64,000 nt of DNA from Octopus sinensis (lineage: Eukaryota): the NCBI RefSeq assembly GCF_006345805.1, contig NC_042997.1:147064001-147128000 (forward strand), written 5' to 3'. Shown here in pieces: positions 1-14,439 of this stretch. The translations under genes were made by a program, and so were the position numbers. Under the pieces are notes generated by a model. That model saw only the letters and a program-made list of their open reading frames with translations, was not told the DNA's origin and ran no database searches. Positions within the stretch are counted from its first letter, which is position 1. Each line of letters starts with the position of its first letter.

Positions 1-519
1 TTCCGTAAAGAATTAGTGACAAAGGGGGCCTGAGCAGCATTTGAATCCGTTTGAATTTCAGGAGAGGAAATAAAATATCGAAAAGAAATTTTCCTATACC
101 GTACTGACTGTGCCAAACGACTACTTTGATCTAGATTTGGAACATAGACCCAAAGCCACAATTTATGGGGAGCAGAGACAATAGAGGTAATACAGAAGGG
201 AGACATGGTGTGGATGTAGTGACTGATGAAGGAGTGAGGAAATGTGCTTACTCTGAAGACACAGCTTTCATGAGGTGTCTGATAATTGCGTTATCCACGA
301 CCGGCATTTCAATTACATTTTTCACGACCTGTATGAAAACAAGTTTGAAGATTTTCTAGCAAATGAAAAGGTCGTCTATTTCAAAGTACCACTTCACTTA
401 GCGATAACGAATAAGACTTAGCATTATCATTTTATAAATAATTAATCTAGGTTTTAAGAAGATAAGTAGGTACAGGAAGAATATAAGAAATAGAAGCACG
501 ACCAGGTTGTAAAAGTTGT

Positions 520-905
520 TACCCAGGAAACTGTGCCAGAAATGAGGATTTGAAGCTGGAAATACATGGAACAATCATCGAGTCGAAATCAGAAAATAAT
601 AGATCAGATATTACAATCATAGATAAAGAAAGGTTCAGTTGCTTACTTTTCGATCCATCGTGTCCATTTGATTCTAGGATCGTAACGAAAGAAAAACAAA
701 AACAAAGAAAATACAATCCCCATAAATTTGAAATAGGAAGAATTTGAAGCATGCCTATAATAACTGGTGCGTTGAGGACAGTAAGCCAGGATATAGACAA
801 AAGGGTGAAGGAGATTGAAATAGAATGCTCGGTAGAGCTCCTACAGAAAGTTTGCCTCTTAGGGACAGCAAGGACTATCAGGATTATCAGGAGAGTTCTT
901 GCCGA
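520..905 (+). mobile_element. R4/Dong-clade LINE, 3' coding fragment (restriction-like endonuclease C-terminus), decayed
   Basis: Reads ...NNRSDITIIDKERFSCLLFDPSCPFDSRIVTKEKQKQRKY...GRI*..PIITGALRTVS...LQKVCLLGTARTIRIIRRVLA, matching the RPD..D..K..KY...GALG...LGTA..LRRVL REL pattern. Confidence 0.75.
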
Positions 906-2120
906 AAACTTGTCTTAAAGCATGAAAACAAGAAAGCATCATAGTAACAAAACAGGCAAAGGAATATCGAAATCCCAGAATTAGCCGTACTGCAACAAGC
1001 ACAGAAAAAGCTGAGCGTATGAAAACCTGTGCTGAAACTGCTGCCTTAGATATTCTTATTGATAAATGGCAAGACATACCTCTCAATAGCAAATACCCAA
1101 AGAGAGCTAATAATGCCGATGTTTACAAAGCCCTTATCCATCAATGGTTAGTGCCTTCTGGCTTAAAATCAGAAACAGAAGGGTTTATCATAACAGCACA
1201 AGATCAATGCCTACCTACAAGGAACTACCAGGCCAATATATTAAAGAACAGCAGTAGCCCACCATGTTGTGTATGTGAACAACAAGATGAAACCATTGAT
1301 CATGTTGTCTCCATGTGCAGTCTTCTTGCGCCTACAGCGTATCTCGACAGGCATGATAGAGCAGTACAATATATATATACTGGGTAATTTGCAAAAACTT
1401 GGACCTGCACCCTGATAAAAACTGGTGGGAACACAAACCACCCCAGTGCTTGAAAATAACAACATCTAACTCCTTTGGAACTTCACCATTCAAACTAACA
1501 GAAAGATAGATGCGAAATGGCCAGATATTATATTGAAGGATTTTAGGCAAAAATCATGCCCCCTCATCGATATGACTGTCCCAATCGACATAGATATAGC
1601 TGGTCTGTCAGACCTACCAAAACCTGAGCAAGTATAAAGATGTTGAAATCGAAATTGGCAAAATGTGGAACCTCAAGACTAAAACAATACTTGTTGTTAT
1701 TGGTGCCCTAGGAATGATAGCAAAAGGGGCTGATTCTTCCTTAGCTCAGATATCAGGAAATCCCATAATGGCAGAAATTGAAAAGATAGTGCTCAAGGGA
1801 ACTATCCATATCTTACCTAAAATATTGCCTATGTAATCCCCAAAATATTTTAATCTGTAAACAGTGTCAAAATACTTTTAAATGTACATAACAGAAAACA
1901 AATTTTACTGTCATCTTAACATCAGACTATCATCTTATCAAATTACTTTAAAAACAAACTTCTAATTTACTTGTTTTGACAGACATTCTCTAGAACAATA
2001 CTCTGTGCAAAACCAAATATATGGCACCCAGGTCATAACACTAACTATAACTTCTAACTTGTCCCTTGAGGTCTCTGGGTGAGTCTTGGATTCACCTTGT
2101 ACAAATACAAAGAAAAAGCC
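906..2120 (+). mobile_element. R4/Dong-clade LINE, 5'-truncated copy: CCHC knuckle, REL endonuclease and 3' UTR
   Basis: LKSETEGFIITAQDQCLPTRNY..CCVCEQQDETIDHVVSMC (CCHC), then WWEHKP..LWNFTIQTNRKIDAKWPDII..IDMTVP..KYKDVEIEIGKMW..VVIGALG with frameshifts; ends at a (CAA)n(TAA)n tract. Confidence 0.85.
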
Positions 2121-2121
2121 A

Positions 2122-2164
<43 letters not shown>

Positions 2165-2175
2165 ACTATAATAAC

Positions 2176-2260
<85 letters not shown>
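2121..2260 (+). repeat. Compound (CAA)n-(TAA)n microsatellite; tail of the upstream element and probable target of the downstream one
   Basis: Read directly; lies between two R4/Dong copies. Confidence 0.95.
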
Positions 2261-2263
<3 letters not shown>

Positions 2264-5200
2264 AAGGAGTGGGTGGAGTCTCCCCATGTCTTGATTAATG
2301 GTACATCTAGTGATGCTGCCACAATAAAAACACTGGTAACCTGATAATGCTACCTCATATGAGTCACAATGAATAAACAAGATATTGTGAATAATGGTGG
2401 TAATGAAACTGAAGCCATTGATGGTGGCAGTTTTGCACCCGGCAAGTTCAGAGATTCTGGTCCGGCTCTAGCCTGTCGATATCCAGAATGGGACCACCAC
2501 ACACGGCGCAGATGGAGCAAGCAAATTAATGCTGTGGTCATGGTGTGTTACTACCTGAGCAACCCGGTTGATGAAAATGATGCTCGAATTAGAGGTTACC
2601 GACAACGTATGTATGATTATTGGAGGGAAAGGGATTGTTTCAACTCACGGAACAGAAACTATGCAATCAAGCCAGAGCAATAAGAAAAAAATCGTTGGTT
2701 CACAGAAGTAGAGCTCGAAGCTGTTAAGAGACGGGTTTTGGAAAATAGCAGCAGAGATAACGATGAAAATACAGTTCTTATTAATAAAAGTAATCTCATA
2801 GCACGGGAAAGAAGCAGTGGTAGTTTACTTGATGAGAGGCATGTAGATGATCTACAAGAAGTCAATAAAACTAATGGCGACATGACAGATGAACAAAAAG
2901 CAATCTACGATAGAATAAAGGCAAGACTACAGGAAAACGATAGCGACATTATTTGCAACCTTAAAAAGGTTGACCGGTGGAAATTGAACCAAGAAACCCA
3001 AAATGTCAATGATATTCTGAGATACATCAGAACAAACAACATCACAGAAACAAATAGTTTGATCAAGGCAGCAAGTATTCTTGTAGCAGAAAATATGGGT
3101 GTTGATGTCAAGAAAAAGAAATATAATGGGAGTGACAAAAGAAAAGACCCATGGTGGAAAAGAATAATACAAGCAAGGTTAGATATGCTCTTGAAGGAAA
3201 TTTCTGTGTTAGACTGAAAAGAGAAAGGGGAGCTTAAATGCGAACAAAAATACAGGGCGTTGAACAGGAAGTATAATATTGAAACAAAGGGCCTGAAAGT
3301 GGTAAAGGAGGAACTGAAACAGCGCCTCGTTGCAAAGAAAGCAAAGATGATAAGATACGACCAAAGAATGAAGGATTATCACCAGAATAGGTTATTCAGG
3401 GTAGATCAGAAGAGATTCTATAAAGAAATAAGTGGAGAGTGTACAGATGAAAAGTTGATATCAGATAATGAAAGTCATAGGTTTTGAAGTGACATCTGGA
3501 GCAAAGACAAGAAGCACAAGAAGGATGCTGAATGGTTGCAAGAACTGAAACAAAACAGTAGTCTGTCCAAAATATGCAGAACTAATCATTTCAGTTAGGA
3601 AAGTGAAGGAAATCAGCAAAAAGATGAGCAACTGGAAGGCCCCGGGACCAGATGGAGTTCAGGGCTACTGGATCAAAAGATTTGGTGAATTTCATGCACG
3701 AATAGCTGCGCAACTCAACACCTTGTTAAATGACGACCAAGTAACACCAGAGTGGTTGGCAATGGATAGGGCAGCGATGTGCCTGAAAAACATCGAAAAA
3801 GGCATTACAGTAGACAATTACAGGCCGATATCCTGTTTGCCAGTTATGTGGAAATTATTGACTGGAATACTCGCAGAGTCAATGTACGAACATCTGGAAA
3901 AAAATGGAGTCCTGCTACATGACCAGAAGGGTTGCAAGCGTAAATGCAGAGATACCAAGGATCAACTGCTGCTAGACAAAACTGTACCTAGAGACTGCAA
4001 GAGAAGGAAAAGCAACTTAGCCATGTCATGAATCGACTATCGTAAGGCGTACGATATAATCCCACACTCTTGGATAATAGAGTGTATGAACCTATTTGGT
4101 ATTGCATCGAATGTTGAGCGATTGCTTGGAAAAAATATGACGAATTGGAGAACGGACTTGACAGCATACGGAAGAAGTTTAGGGACAGTAGAAATCAGGA
4201 GGGGCATCTTCCAAGGGGCCTGCCTGTCCCTACTGAACTTTGTACTGTGCTTGATACCACTAACACTGATACTGAGGAAACCAAAGGCTGGGTATGTATT
4301 CAAAAGCCGCCAACAGAAAGTCAACCATTTCTTATTCAAGGATGACTTCAAACTTTATGGTAAGGATGAAGCCCATGTCAGTTTCCTCGCTGATTCGGTG
4401 TATACTTTCAGTGCTGATATCAGAATGGAGTTCGGACTGAGAAAGTGTGGTTTGTTAGTCTTGAAGAGAGGCAAAATCAAATGTATGGACGGGCTATCGA
4501 TACCGTCGGGAGAGGTTATGAAGCAGATAGAAGAGACGGGCTATAAGTGCTTGGAGGCTTTTGGAAATGGATAAATTGATGGAGAAAGAAATGACAGAAA
4601 AATTTAAGGTGGAGTACTTGCGCAGACTGAGACTGATCCTAAAGTCGAAATTAAACAGACAGAATAAAATCGAAGCTATCAAGACCTGGGCGGTTTCACC
4701 CTTTAGATATGGAGCAGAGGTAATCGCAAGGACAGTAGACGTACTAAACAGCTTAGACAGAAAGACAAGGAAGTTGCTAACTAGATATGGGACATTCCAC
4801 CCAAAACGTTACACAGACAGACTATATGTATCAAGAAAAGGAGGGGAAGAGGACTTAATGGATGTGAACACAGCATTAGAGCAGAAGAAAGCAACATAGC
4901 ATGGTATGTAAAAATGCCACAGAACCGCTATTACAAGAAGTAAGAAGGTCAGGCTTGTGTTGGATGAAAGATTGTAAAGATAAAGCACTGTACAAGCAAT
5001 TGAAAACGAATGAAACTGAAAATAGGTGGGTAAACAAAAGTATGCATGGACAATTTCATAGGGATGTTGAAGATAAGACAGAGAAAAAGATGGCTGTGGA
5101 TGGCTAAAAGTGATTTAAAACCGGAAACGCAGGCTCCTAATCTGAGCGCCCAAGAGCAAGTACTAAAAACAAACTACATAAAATACAGAGTAGACTGCGC

Positions 5201-5664
5201 ATCAGAAAGTGATAAGTGCAGAATCTGTGGACAAAATGGTGAAACCGTATGGCATATTACCAGTCAATGTACACCACTAGCCCAGAAAGAATATGAGACG
5301 CCACAACAATATAGCAAGGATTGTCCATTGGACACTTTGCAACAAATATGGACTTGACAGAGAAAAAAATTGGTACGACCACAAACCCGAAAATGATAAT
5401 GCAAAGGTCCAAAATTTTAGGAGAGGGGACCAGTCAATTAGATCGACCCCAGTGCGCAGCTGGTACTTACTTTATCGACCCCTAAGGGATTAAAGGCAAA
5501 GTCTACTTCGGCGGAATTTGAACTCAGAACATAAAGACAGGCGAAATACTGCTAAGTATTTCGCGTAAAGTATTGTCTGTCTGAGATCCTTCGTGTGACT
5601 TGACAAACAGTACAACCCCCGGTAGACACAATATCTTCATGATCCTGTATACTGTGCGACGTCT
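2261..5664 (+). mobile_element. Near-full-length decayed R4/Dong-clade non-LTR retrotransposon; RT and CCHC present, REL core deleted
   Basis: ORF pieces from 2369: WKAPGPDGVQGYWIK, NYRPISCLPVMWKLLTGI, QKGCKRKCRDTKDQLLLDK, IDYRKAYDIIPHSWI, RRGIFQGACLS, NHFLFKDDFKLY (YxDD region), CRICGQNGETVWHITSQC; several stops and frameshifts; (TAA)n on both sides. Confidence 0.9.
5424..5566 (-). mobile_element. SINE family B fragment inserted at the end of the R4 ORF
   Basis: Reverse complement of gagttcaaattccgccgaagtagactttgcctttaatcc...ataagtaccag; B-box-like GAGTTCAAATTCC. Confidence 0.85.
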
Positions 5665-5724
5665 ATAATAATAATAATAATAATAATGATGATGATGATG
5701 ATGATGATGATGGTGATGATGATA

Positions 5725-5817
<93 letters not shown>

Positions 5818-5837
5818 TAATAATAATAATAATAATA
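5665..5837 (+). repeat. (TAA)n-(TGA)n-(TAA)n microsatellite, R4 3' tail or target
   Basis: Read directly. Confidence 0.95.
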
Positions 5838-7644
5838 AAGACTGCTGAAAACTTGTGGATACCTAAAGCTACAGGTTGTAACCCGCTATCCACATAATCC
5901 CTACGAGAAATAACACCGAACCTGAGACAAACCAAAATAATATGTTATATGTAAGCATATATGTATGTATTTAACTATGCATTTAACACTTACTTTTCGT
6001 CAATCTACTTTTATTGTTTTTTTCTTTTAACAAGAATCATAACACTATACTACAATAAGCTAGATATGTATAATTAAAAGGATCCTTTTCTTCCACCAAT
6101 GCAACACTGTATATTTAAATTTCTGTACATATGCATAATGTCGTTTCCAGTATATTCACACGTGTACTTATATTCATGTTCCAATAAACTTTACCGTAAG
6201 ATACTGCGCACTATCAAGACATCAACATCTATATAATAATAAAATATAGGATCGTATATATTAGGAATGCTATATCCATAAAATTTTAAATTCTTCTGCA
6301 AACGCAACTACGTACGCATACACACGTACGCATACGGACACTCACACAGTTTATTAAGAAACCAAATATATTTCTCACTCAAGCCAGTTGATCTCATAAA
6401 CACAACTAGTAAATAGCTTCAAAAACCTTTAACTAAAGCAGATTTAGGAACCTCAAGGTCATTTCTTCACCAAACCATTGAGGTCATGATAAATGTAACT
6501 TTGTTTTTACCTTCTCTTATTAGTAATTCTCACCATGGCGACCTGCAGGCAATGTCTAAATGCATCAGCACACTATACTATTATCGCCACAGCATGAGGA
6601 ATATTTCGATTTTCTCCTTACGGGTAAAAATTGTTTCCGTACTTTGCAGTTCACTAACCATCTGTAATTACAGGTGAAATCTCATTCCAATTAATTTTCC
6701 TCCAGCCTGAGTGGTGAATTGCCAATCATTGATTATAAGCACCACGACGATCACAACCAGTTTAACTTCAACAACTACAACAACTACAACAACTACAACT
6801 ACAACAAAAAGGAAAATCGAAGCTAGCATCACAAAGTAATTTTGTGATTAAGAAGGTTGTTCTGGTTGACTATCTTTAGTTTCTAAGGTTGAAATATCTG
6901 AACACATTTTGCGTAAAACTCGACCATTATTATTCCGATCGTTACTCGAAGGATTTTTCTATTGGCATTCACTCATTGCTAATGTCGAATAACCACACCC
7001 ACAAATTCTTCAGTAAAAGAATATTCCTCTGCAGCTATCGGACTCCTTTCTTATAAATTACATCTTTGGAGACTTCTTCCCTATCACTAATATCTTTGAA
7101 GAACCGGCCACTAGCACCTTAAATTATACATTTCTCTATAAAAGTCGCATCAAAAAGTGGCAGTTTTTGATAGACTAGCCAAAGGCACATTACTTTTCAT
7201 ACTTTCTATTGTCTAGTATGTAGTTGAACTAAATGAAACACACGCTTCTACACATTATAATTTGTTCTATCTTACTGAAATCAGAACTGAAAATATTGCA
7301 TTAAATTTATGAAGCATCTCCATATCTATAGCATATTGATTTTTGTTTAAGCCACAAAGTCAGCTTATAGAAGGGAGATTTTTGTCGTTTGAACAACTCC
7401 CCCGTATATAACTGTTATTTATACTAACTCTAAACTCTTTGTGTTGGCGACCTAAAGGGACCTGCTTGAAATAAAGAGGATGATATACTAACATAGTATA
7501 AAACACACAATATTTAGTTATATTTACAATTTTATATACTTCTTATTCTACTTCTGTGTGCAGGAAATAGTATTATAACACAACCACATTATACATAGAT
7601 CGTTGTTTCTGTGTGTTTGCTTCAGTGGGACTGAACCCAGAACT

Positions 7645-8140
<496 letters not shown>

Positions 8141-8234
8141 AATATTTTGAAATGAATATTAAGAACTTACTTATTATTCATTCATATTTTCATTGTTTTT
8201 TTTCCGTTTATATTCTGAATTTTAGTTTTCTCTT

Positions 8235-8466
8235 CCTCTCTAATAAGTGCTTGAGTCAGTGAGGTAGCCTATACGTAGTCGCATGAACGGCTAGAAATAG
8301 GAGTCAAATCTCCTTCAGCCACAACCTGCCATTTTTAAACGTAAGGACATACTGGATAATCCGAGACACACTGCTTGAACAAAAGTTGGGATTATCACGG
8401 CTGGAAATCTTTTTATTATAGGATCTGTTAATTCATGGTATGACCTGCTGAACAATTACAACAACC
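8235..8466 (+). mobile_element. Probable LINE-derived 3' terminal fragment with (ACA)n-like tail
   Basis: tagaaatagg..caaatctcc..ggataat..gggatt..acggctggaa..gacctg..aacaattacaacaac resembles a recurrent retroelement 3' end as recalled; not verified. Confidence 0.35.
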
Positions 8467-8556
8467 CCTTATACCACTGGTGCTTATTCTAGATTTTATC
8501 ATAAAGCATTAATTATTTCACTGCGAAACATATTTCGTGCTTATCAACTATAAATA

Positions 8557-9781
8557 TATAGAGTCATCCCATAATTAATGTGGTTTTTCAATTTCAAGAA
8601 CTAAAGGTCGGAGAGGGACGGGATAAACTACCTGCATCAACTTGTTATAAAAACAGGTAGTAATTTTTCCTTGTACTTATTCTTAGTGTAAGTTTTGAAA
8701 ATTGCAGTTCGATTTTAACAGTTATTTTTCAAGGCTATAATGGAAGTGACAAAAGAGCGTATTCGGCATATTTTGCTTTATGAGTTCAATAAAGGCAACA
8801 ACGCAACTGAAAGTGCGAAGAATATTAATGCGATATATGGCAATCGGACAATAAGAGTAAGCCAGTGTCAACGGTAGTTCCGAGCCAGAAACTACAACCT
8901 AGAAGACGAGCCTCGTTCTGGAAGATCTATAGAGCTCGACGAGGACGTCTTGCAAACCCTGGTGGAATAAAATCCCATCGTAACTGTTGAAGAACTAGCA
9001 GGGAAGCTTGGATTTGGTCATTCAACCATTCATGGACACCTGCGTGCCATCGGAAATGTCAGCAAATTTGGGTGAATAGGTTCCTCACAAACTCTCCGAG
9101 TCTACTCGCACCCAGAAAGCGAATGTGTGCTCTTCTTTGCCGTCACGTCTCACGAATGAACCTTTTTTGGACCGAATAGTAACTGGTGAGAGATGGGTTC
9201 TCTATAAAAATGTCAAGCACCGAAGACAGTGGGTAGGAAAAGGAGAAACTCCAGCATCTCAGGTTAAAGAAAATCTTCACCCACGTATGATGTTGTTATC
9301 TGTTTGGTGGGATATGAAAGGTTTAGTCCACTTTGAACTTTTAAACCCAAACCAAACGATAACAAAGGATTCTACTGCGAGCAGCTTGAGCGGCTTAAGT
9401 CAGCATTAGAAGAAAAACGACCATCTTTGGTTTCAAGACGAAGGGTGTTCCTCCATCAGGATAATACTTGGCCATATACAGCGGGGATAACTCCAAAATC
9501 TGGAGCAGTTTGAATGATTATCATTAATTCTGCAGTCTTCAAAATCACATGGACGGGAAAATATGAATTCTGTTGACGATGTCAGAACAGTATTGGAAGA
9601 GTATTTTTCATCACGAACAAGTGAGTTTTGAAAGAGGAGCATTGCAAGCCTACCAGATAGATGGAAAATCATTGTAGAAAATGAAGGAGAGTATATTTTA
9701 GATTAAAAACGATCTTTGTTTATCTTAATCTTGAAAAATAAAAGAGGTAAAGAAAAAACATTATTTATTGGATGACACAAT
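8557..9781 (+). mobile_element. Mariner transposon, decayed; transposase pseudogene 8740-9706
   Basis: Imperfect TIRs gagtcatcccataattaatgtggttttt / aaaaaacattatttattggatgacacaa; MEVTKERIRHILLYEFNKG..EDEPRSGR..PHKL..FLDRIVTGERWVLY..LSVWWD..HQDN; the YSPDLAP segment is missing; stops and frameshifts. Confidence 0.9.
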
Positions 9782-10240
9782 CGTTAGTATTTTCTGCAAG
9801 TCACGTTACCTCAATAATCTCGACATATCTCAACAAAAAGATATTTTAAACATGACATTCCTCAATTAAAAAGAAGCTTCCCGCAGTTAAGGTAATGACA
9901 TTTTGAGGGTTATATCTGATACCCGCGGCAAAATGGTTAAGCAATCTAGTCTCCTTAATCTTTACTATAAGAGACTATTCCATGAATTGAATGCTGAAAC
10001 TGACATTCCTCCAAATCCGCTCATTCTTGCTACGCATTGCATTCTATCATTGTTTTCTGGAAGTTTTTTTCACTTTTGCTACTCGTTTCAGAATTTTGTC
10101 ATAGTTGCCAATTTTTCTTCTCAAACCTAAACACCAAGTATTTCAAAATATAGTTTATCTTTAAACCACAATCGGTGGAACCATTTACTTTTTTTTCATT
10201 CATTCTTGAAATAATCTTCCAGTATTACAGTTCCACTTAC

Positions 10241-10685
10241 GGCGGCGAGTTGGCAGGGTCGTTAAAATGCTGAGTGAAATGCATAGCGGCGAGCTGGCAG
10301 AAACGTTAGCACGCCGGGCGAAATGCGTAGCCGTATTTCGTCTGCCGTTACGTTCTGAGTTCAAATTCCACCGAGGTCGACTTTGCCTTTCATTCTTTCG
10401 GGGTCGATTAAATAAGTACCAGTTACGCACTGGGGTCGATATAATCGACTTAATCCGTGTGTCTGTCCTTGTTTGTCCCCTCTGTGTTTAGCCCCTTGTT
10501 GGTAGTAAAGAAATATGTATTTCGTCCGTCTTTTATGTTCTGAGTTCAAATACCACTGCGGTCGACTTTACTTTTTATCCTTTCGGAGTCGATGAAATAA
10601 GTACCATTTGAGCACTGGGGTCGATGAAATCGACTTACTCACTTTTCTGGAAGTGCTGGCCTTGTACCAACATTTTAAACTAATA
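10241..10685 (+). mobile_element. SINE family B: young copy (about 10285-10515) between the head and the body of an older copy
   Basis: Two heads (ggcggcgagttggcagggtcgtta; ggcgagctggcagaaacgttagc), two B-boxes and two different tails. Confidence 0.85.
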
Positions 10686-11419
10686 TTACAGTTCCACTTT
10701 GTATTGACTTAACCCGCCTTGCAAAATTTCCCGTTCTTGCTCGATATACTGATATGATGTTCATATTGTAAATATGACCATTATTTCCCTACCCCAAGGA
10801 ACATTTCCGAAGGACTGTTTAGCTCTAGCCTCATGGCGTAAAATAGGTGAGAGATAATATTCTTAGAAGATAGCGCGTCAGTTTATTTCACTTGATCTTT
10901 ATATCAAATAACTTTATAACTCGAGGCAACAAAGGTTAATACAGAGAATAATAGAGAATAATGGTTAATGCAAATGCCTGCAGCATATTTGTACTCTTGA
11001 TGTGCACTTCAAATGTTTCAGTATCTTAACCAACTAGTAAAGTAATATTCGATTCAACATGTGATAATAATCAACGAAAATACTGATTGAGTGAGATATA
11101 AACTTATAGCAGCAAGTATATCGATATCATCTGATAGCACATTTGTGTATATGGTTGGTCTTGCTTTGAACCAAGTTAGCTCAAATCGACTAAACCTATT
11201 TTCAATTTTATCCCGCCATGATAATCACGTCCTCTTTCAGGTCAAAGTGTGCATTATACAATGTGCCTTTTTATTAAAAAGAAAAAAAAAAGGATCGGAT
11301 AGTACTGGTATGAGAAAGATATAATTCTTATTTCATGCAGTTTCGAGCGAATGTTTGAGGTTCAAGACTACCTGTAATGCTAAATCAAAATCATGCATTA
11401 TTCATCCGTACAATAAGTA

Positions 11420-11802
11420 TATTTTATATTTTATCTTTTAATTGTTTCAGTCATTAGACTACAGCCATCCTGGGTCACCACCTTGAAGAATTTTTTGTCG
11501 AATGAATCGATCCCAGTACTTATTTTTTGTAAATCTAGCATTTATTCTCTCGGACTCTCACGCTAAATTAAGGAGACGTAAACACACCGACACCGGTTGT
11601 CAAGCGGTAATAGAGGATAAATACAGACACAAAGATACACACACATACTATAGGCTTCTTTCAGTTTCCGTCTACGAAATTCACTCACAAAGCTTTAGTC
11701 AGCTCGAAGCTATAGTAGAAGATACTTGTCCCAAGAAGCCACGCAGAGGGATTGAACCCGAAACGATATGGTTGAGAAGGAACCCTCTTACCACACAGTC
11801 AC
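11420..11802 (-). mobile_element. SINE family A
   Basis: Reverse complement of the family A head (gggattgaacccg..cttaccacacag) and tail (ttgtttcagtcatt). Confidence 0.85.
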
Positions 11803-12168
11803 GTCTGTGAACATTATCATACAGTGCAGTATAAACGGGTGAAAAACTGGATTAGTATCCGGTGAAATAAGCAGAGATGCTTTTTTCCCATGCAGTAACT
11901 GCAAGCTCTTCTTCTGGGAGTCACAAAAACCATCGGAATATCGGAGCCACTTGCGTATCATTAGCACACATATCAGGGCCACTAACGTTTCACACATTAG
12001 CTTGCAGGTTTCATTTGAGTGATGCAGAGTTCCATTTGCGGTTTCTTCTCAACCACAGCCATGTTGAATGGGTTTCAGCTACCTTGCCTATTTTCTACGT
12101 AATTTATCACAGCTATGTCATACACACACACACACACACCCACACACACACGCACGCACACGCACACA

Positions 12169-12208
<40 letters not shown>

Positions 12209-14439
12209 TAGTGTTGTTTTAAAGACGAACAAAGCATATTATTTCTATACGATATTGTATTGCGAATATAACTTTTGGCAATGTAAAAGCACCATTGGGC
12301 TTTCAACTGTAGCTTTATCTGCGAACATAAAAAAAAAAAAAAATTAGCAGATTTGGTTTACATTTCAAAGAATTTCTTCAACTCAAATCAATAGATTTCT
12401 GACTCTGGAGACATACATTTTGTGAGTGAAAACATTCGATCGAATCGATTCTATAACAAAATTGGTATTATTTTTATCGATTCCTAGAGGAAGGAAAAAG
12501 CAAAGACAACTTCTATTTGGATTTGAACTCATAAGTTAAGGGAAATTAAACTAAATATTCCAAGACATTTTGTCTGGTGATTTACCGATTCTGTCACCAA
12601 GTAGCCTCCATAAACAAGCAAATAGATATAACAATAAACAGATTTAGAAACAAACTGAAAAATGTAAACAAAACACAAAAATGTAACACAAAAATATAAC
12701 ACAAAAACATAACACAAAACTATAAGTAAATCAATCAATCTCTTTTTTGGCTATTGCGAAGCATTGTGTTAGACGAACAGACCTACTACATTGATAAGAA
12801 ACCTGAAACAAACACAAATTATTCCCCATTTGTAATGAATTGATTCAAAGTTGAAGTATTCGGCAACCCAAGCAAACGTATTTCTCTAAACATATGAATA
12901 AACGAGAAAAAATGCAGTTTTTATTATTTCTGTTTTCATGAGATAAACTGCTATTACAGAAAGAAACAGCAACAACTAAAAGCAAACAAAACCAGGCATA
13001 ACCAAAATAAATACATTTGCATAATGTTCATTCTTATATATAGCTACATGCAGCATACATATAAACACACATAAACACACACAAATATATATATGATGTA
13101 CACACATACACTCAGTAAAGTAACGTTGTTGCGTTATTTTCTCTGTCCAGATTCAGTTCAAATGTTTAAATTTATTTGTACAGCGAATTCGTACTTAATC
13201 ATTAATTATTTTGTAGTTTAGTTCATTAAAATTATAGATCATAAAAATACATTGTAAAAATCTATTTATACGCTATAACATATAATGTACATTAGATTTT
13301 CGCGCTTAAAACTGTCTTATAAATGTGTGAAACACGATATTGCCCAACGAGAAAAGTAGATATTCTACTATTATCCAATATATTAGTTTTTAATATATAT
13401 TTTTGATATACCACGAAAAAATCTAAAAAAATAAAGCTTTATTATTACATCGTTTTTTTTTCTTAAAGAACAATGTAATAATAGAACGATGTTCTTAAAG
13501 AACGATGTAAAGAACGTTTCTTGAAGAACGATTGGGTTGGGAAAACTTAAAAGTCTAATTACTCGTTATTCCTAATTTTAATCTTGACTTTCATACTTCG
13601 CACACACACAAAGAAAAATGCGTATTATATATGGATCATTACAGTAGCTGATTTTGAAGGAAAATGGCAAATGACGGGAGGTGTCTCCCAGAAGTTGTCT
13701 AAATCATGAAAGATATTTCTGCATGTAGGGAACAGCTTTTGTTTAAAATATTTTAATATGGAAATATAATAATATTCAACATTGAATTTTTTTTTATCAA
13801 GAATTGTTCAGGTATCTTTATTGGACCTATACAACATTTTGAACAATAAAATCCCTACGATTATTAAGATCTTAGCTCTCGCATATATTAGTGAGACTTT
13901 CTTTTATAGAGGAAAGCCATAATTATGGGAATTATATTATCGACGATATCGACATTATAGAATTTAAATTTCGACTGTTAAGAACAAAAATTGATGGAGG
14001 CTCCTTGTAATAAAGTAAGAACAAATTCTGGTTAGTGAACGTAACATAGAGTGATCAGTAAAAATGTAAAAAAATCTCCGGTGACGTTGGTATCATCAGT
14101 AAGGGTATGTAAGATACTACCAGTTATCGTTAAGAAGTGCAGATGGCTATTACTGGAATAATCATATATTTGCTTAATCAAGGTTAAAAAGAAAAAAAAA
14201 GCAACAAGAACAAAACGAACCTATGATAAACTCTCTACATAATGGCTTGACCTTCTGTAAATAGCAGTCAAAACTCTCTTAAATCTGCGGACTAACTTTT
14301 TTTTTAAATAAAAAAAAAACGCAGTAAAGTCAAAGAATTGCTTTTCATTTATCTGTTAATCGGGAGGTAATGCAGTGCACATGGCGCGTTGCAAGACCTT
14401 CGAGACTTGTGATGGAGAGAAAGAGATCCCGAAACCGGA

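Noticed and set aside
220-260. CTGATGA followed by GAAA
   Set aside because: No stem II or stem I pairing; not a hammerhead.
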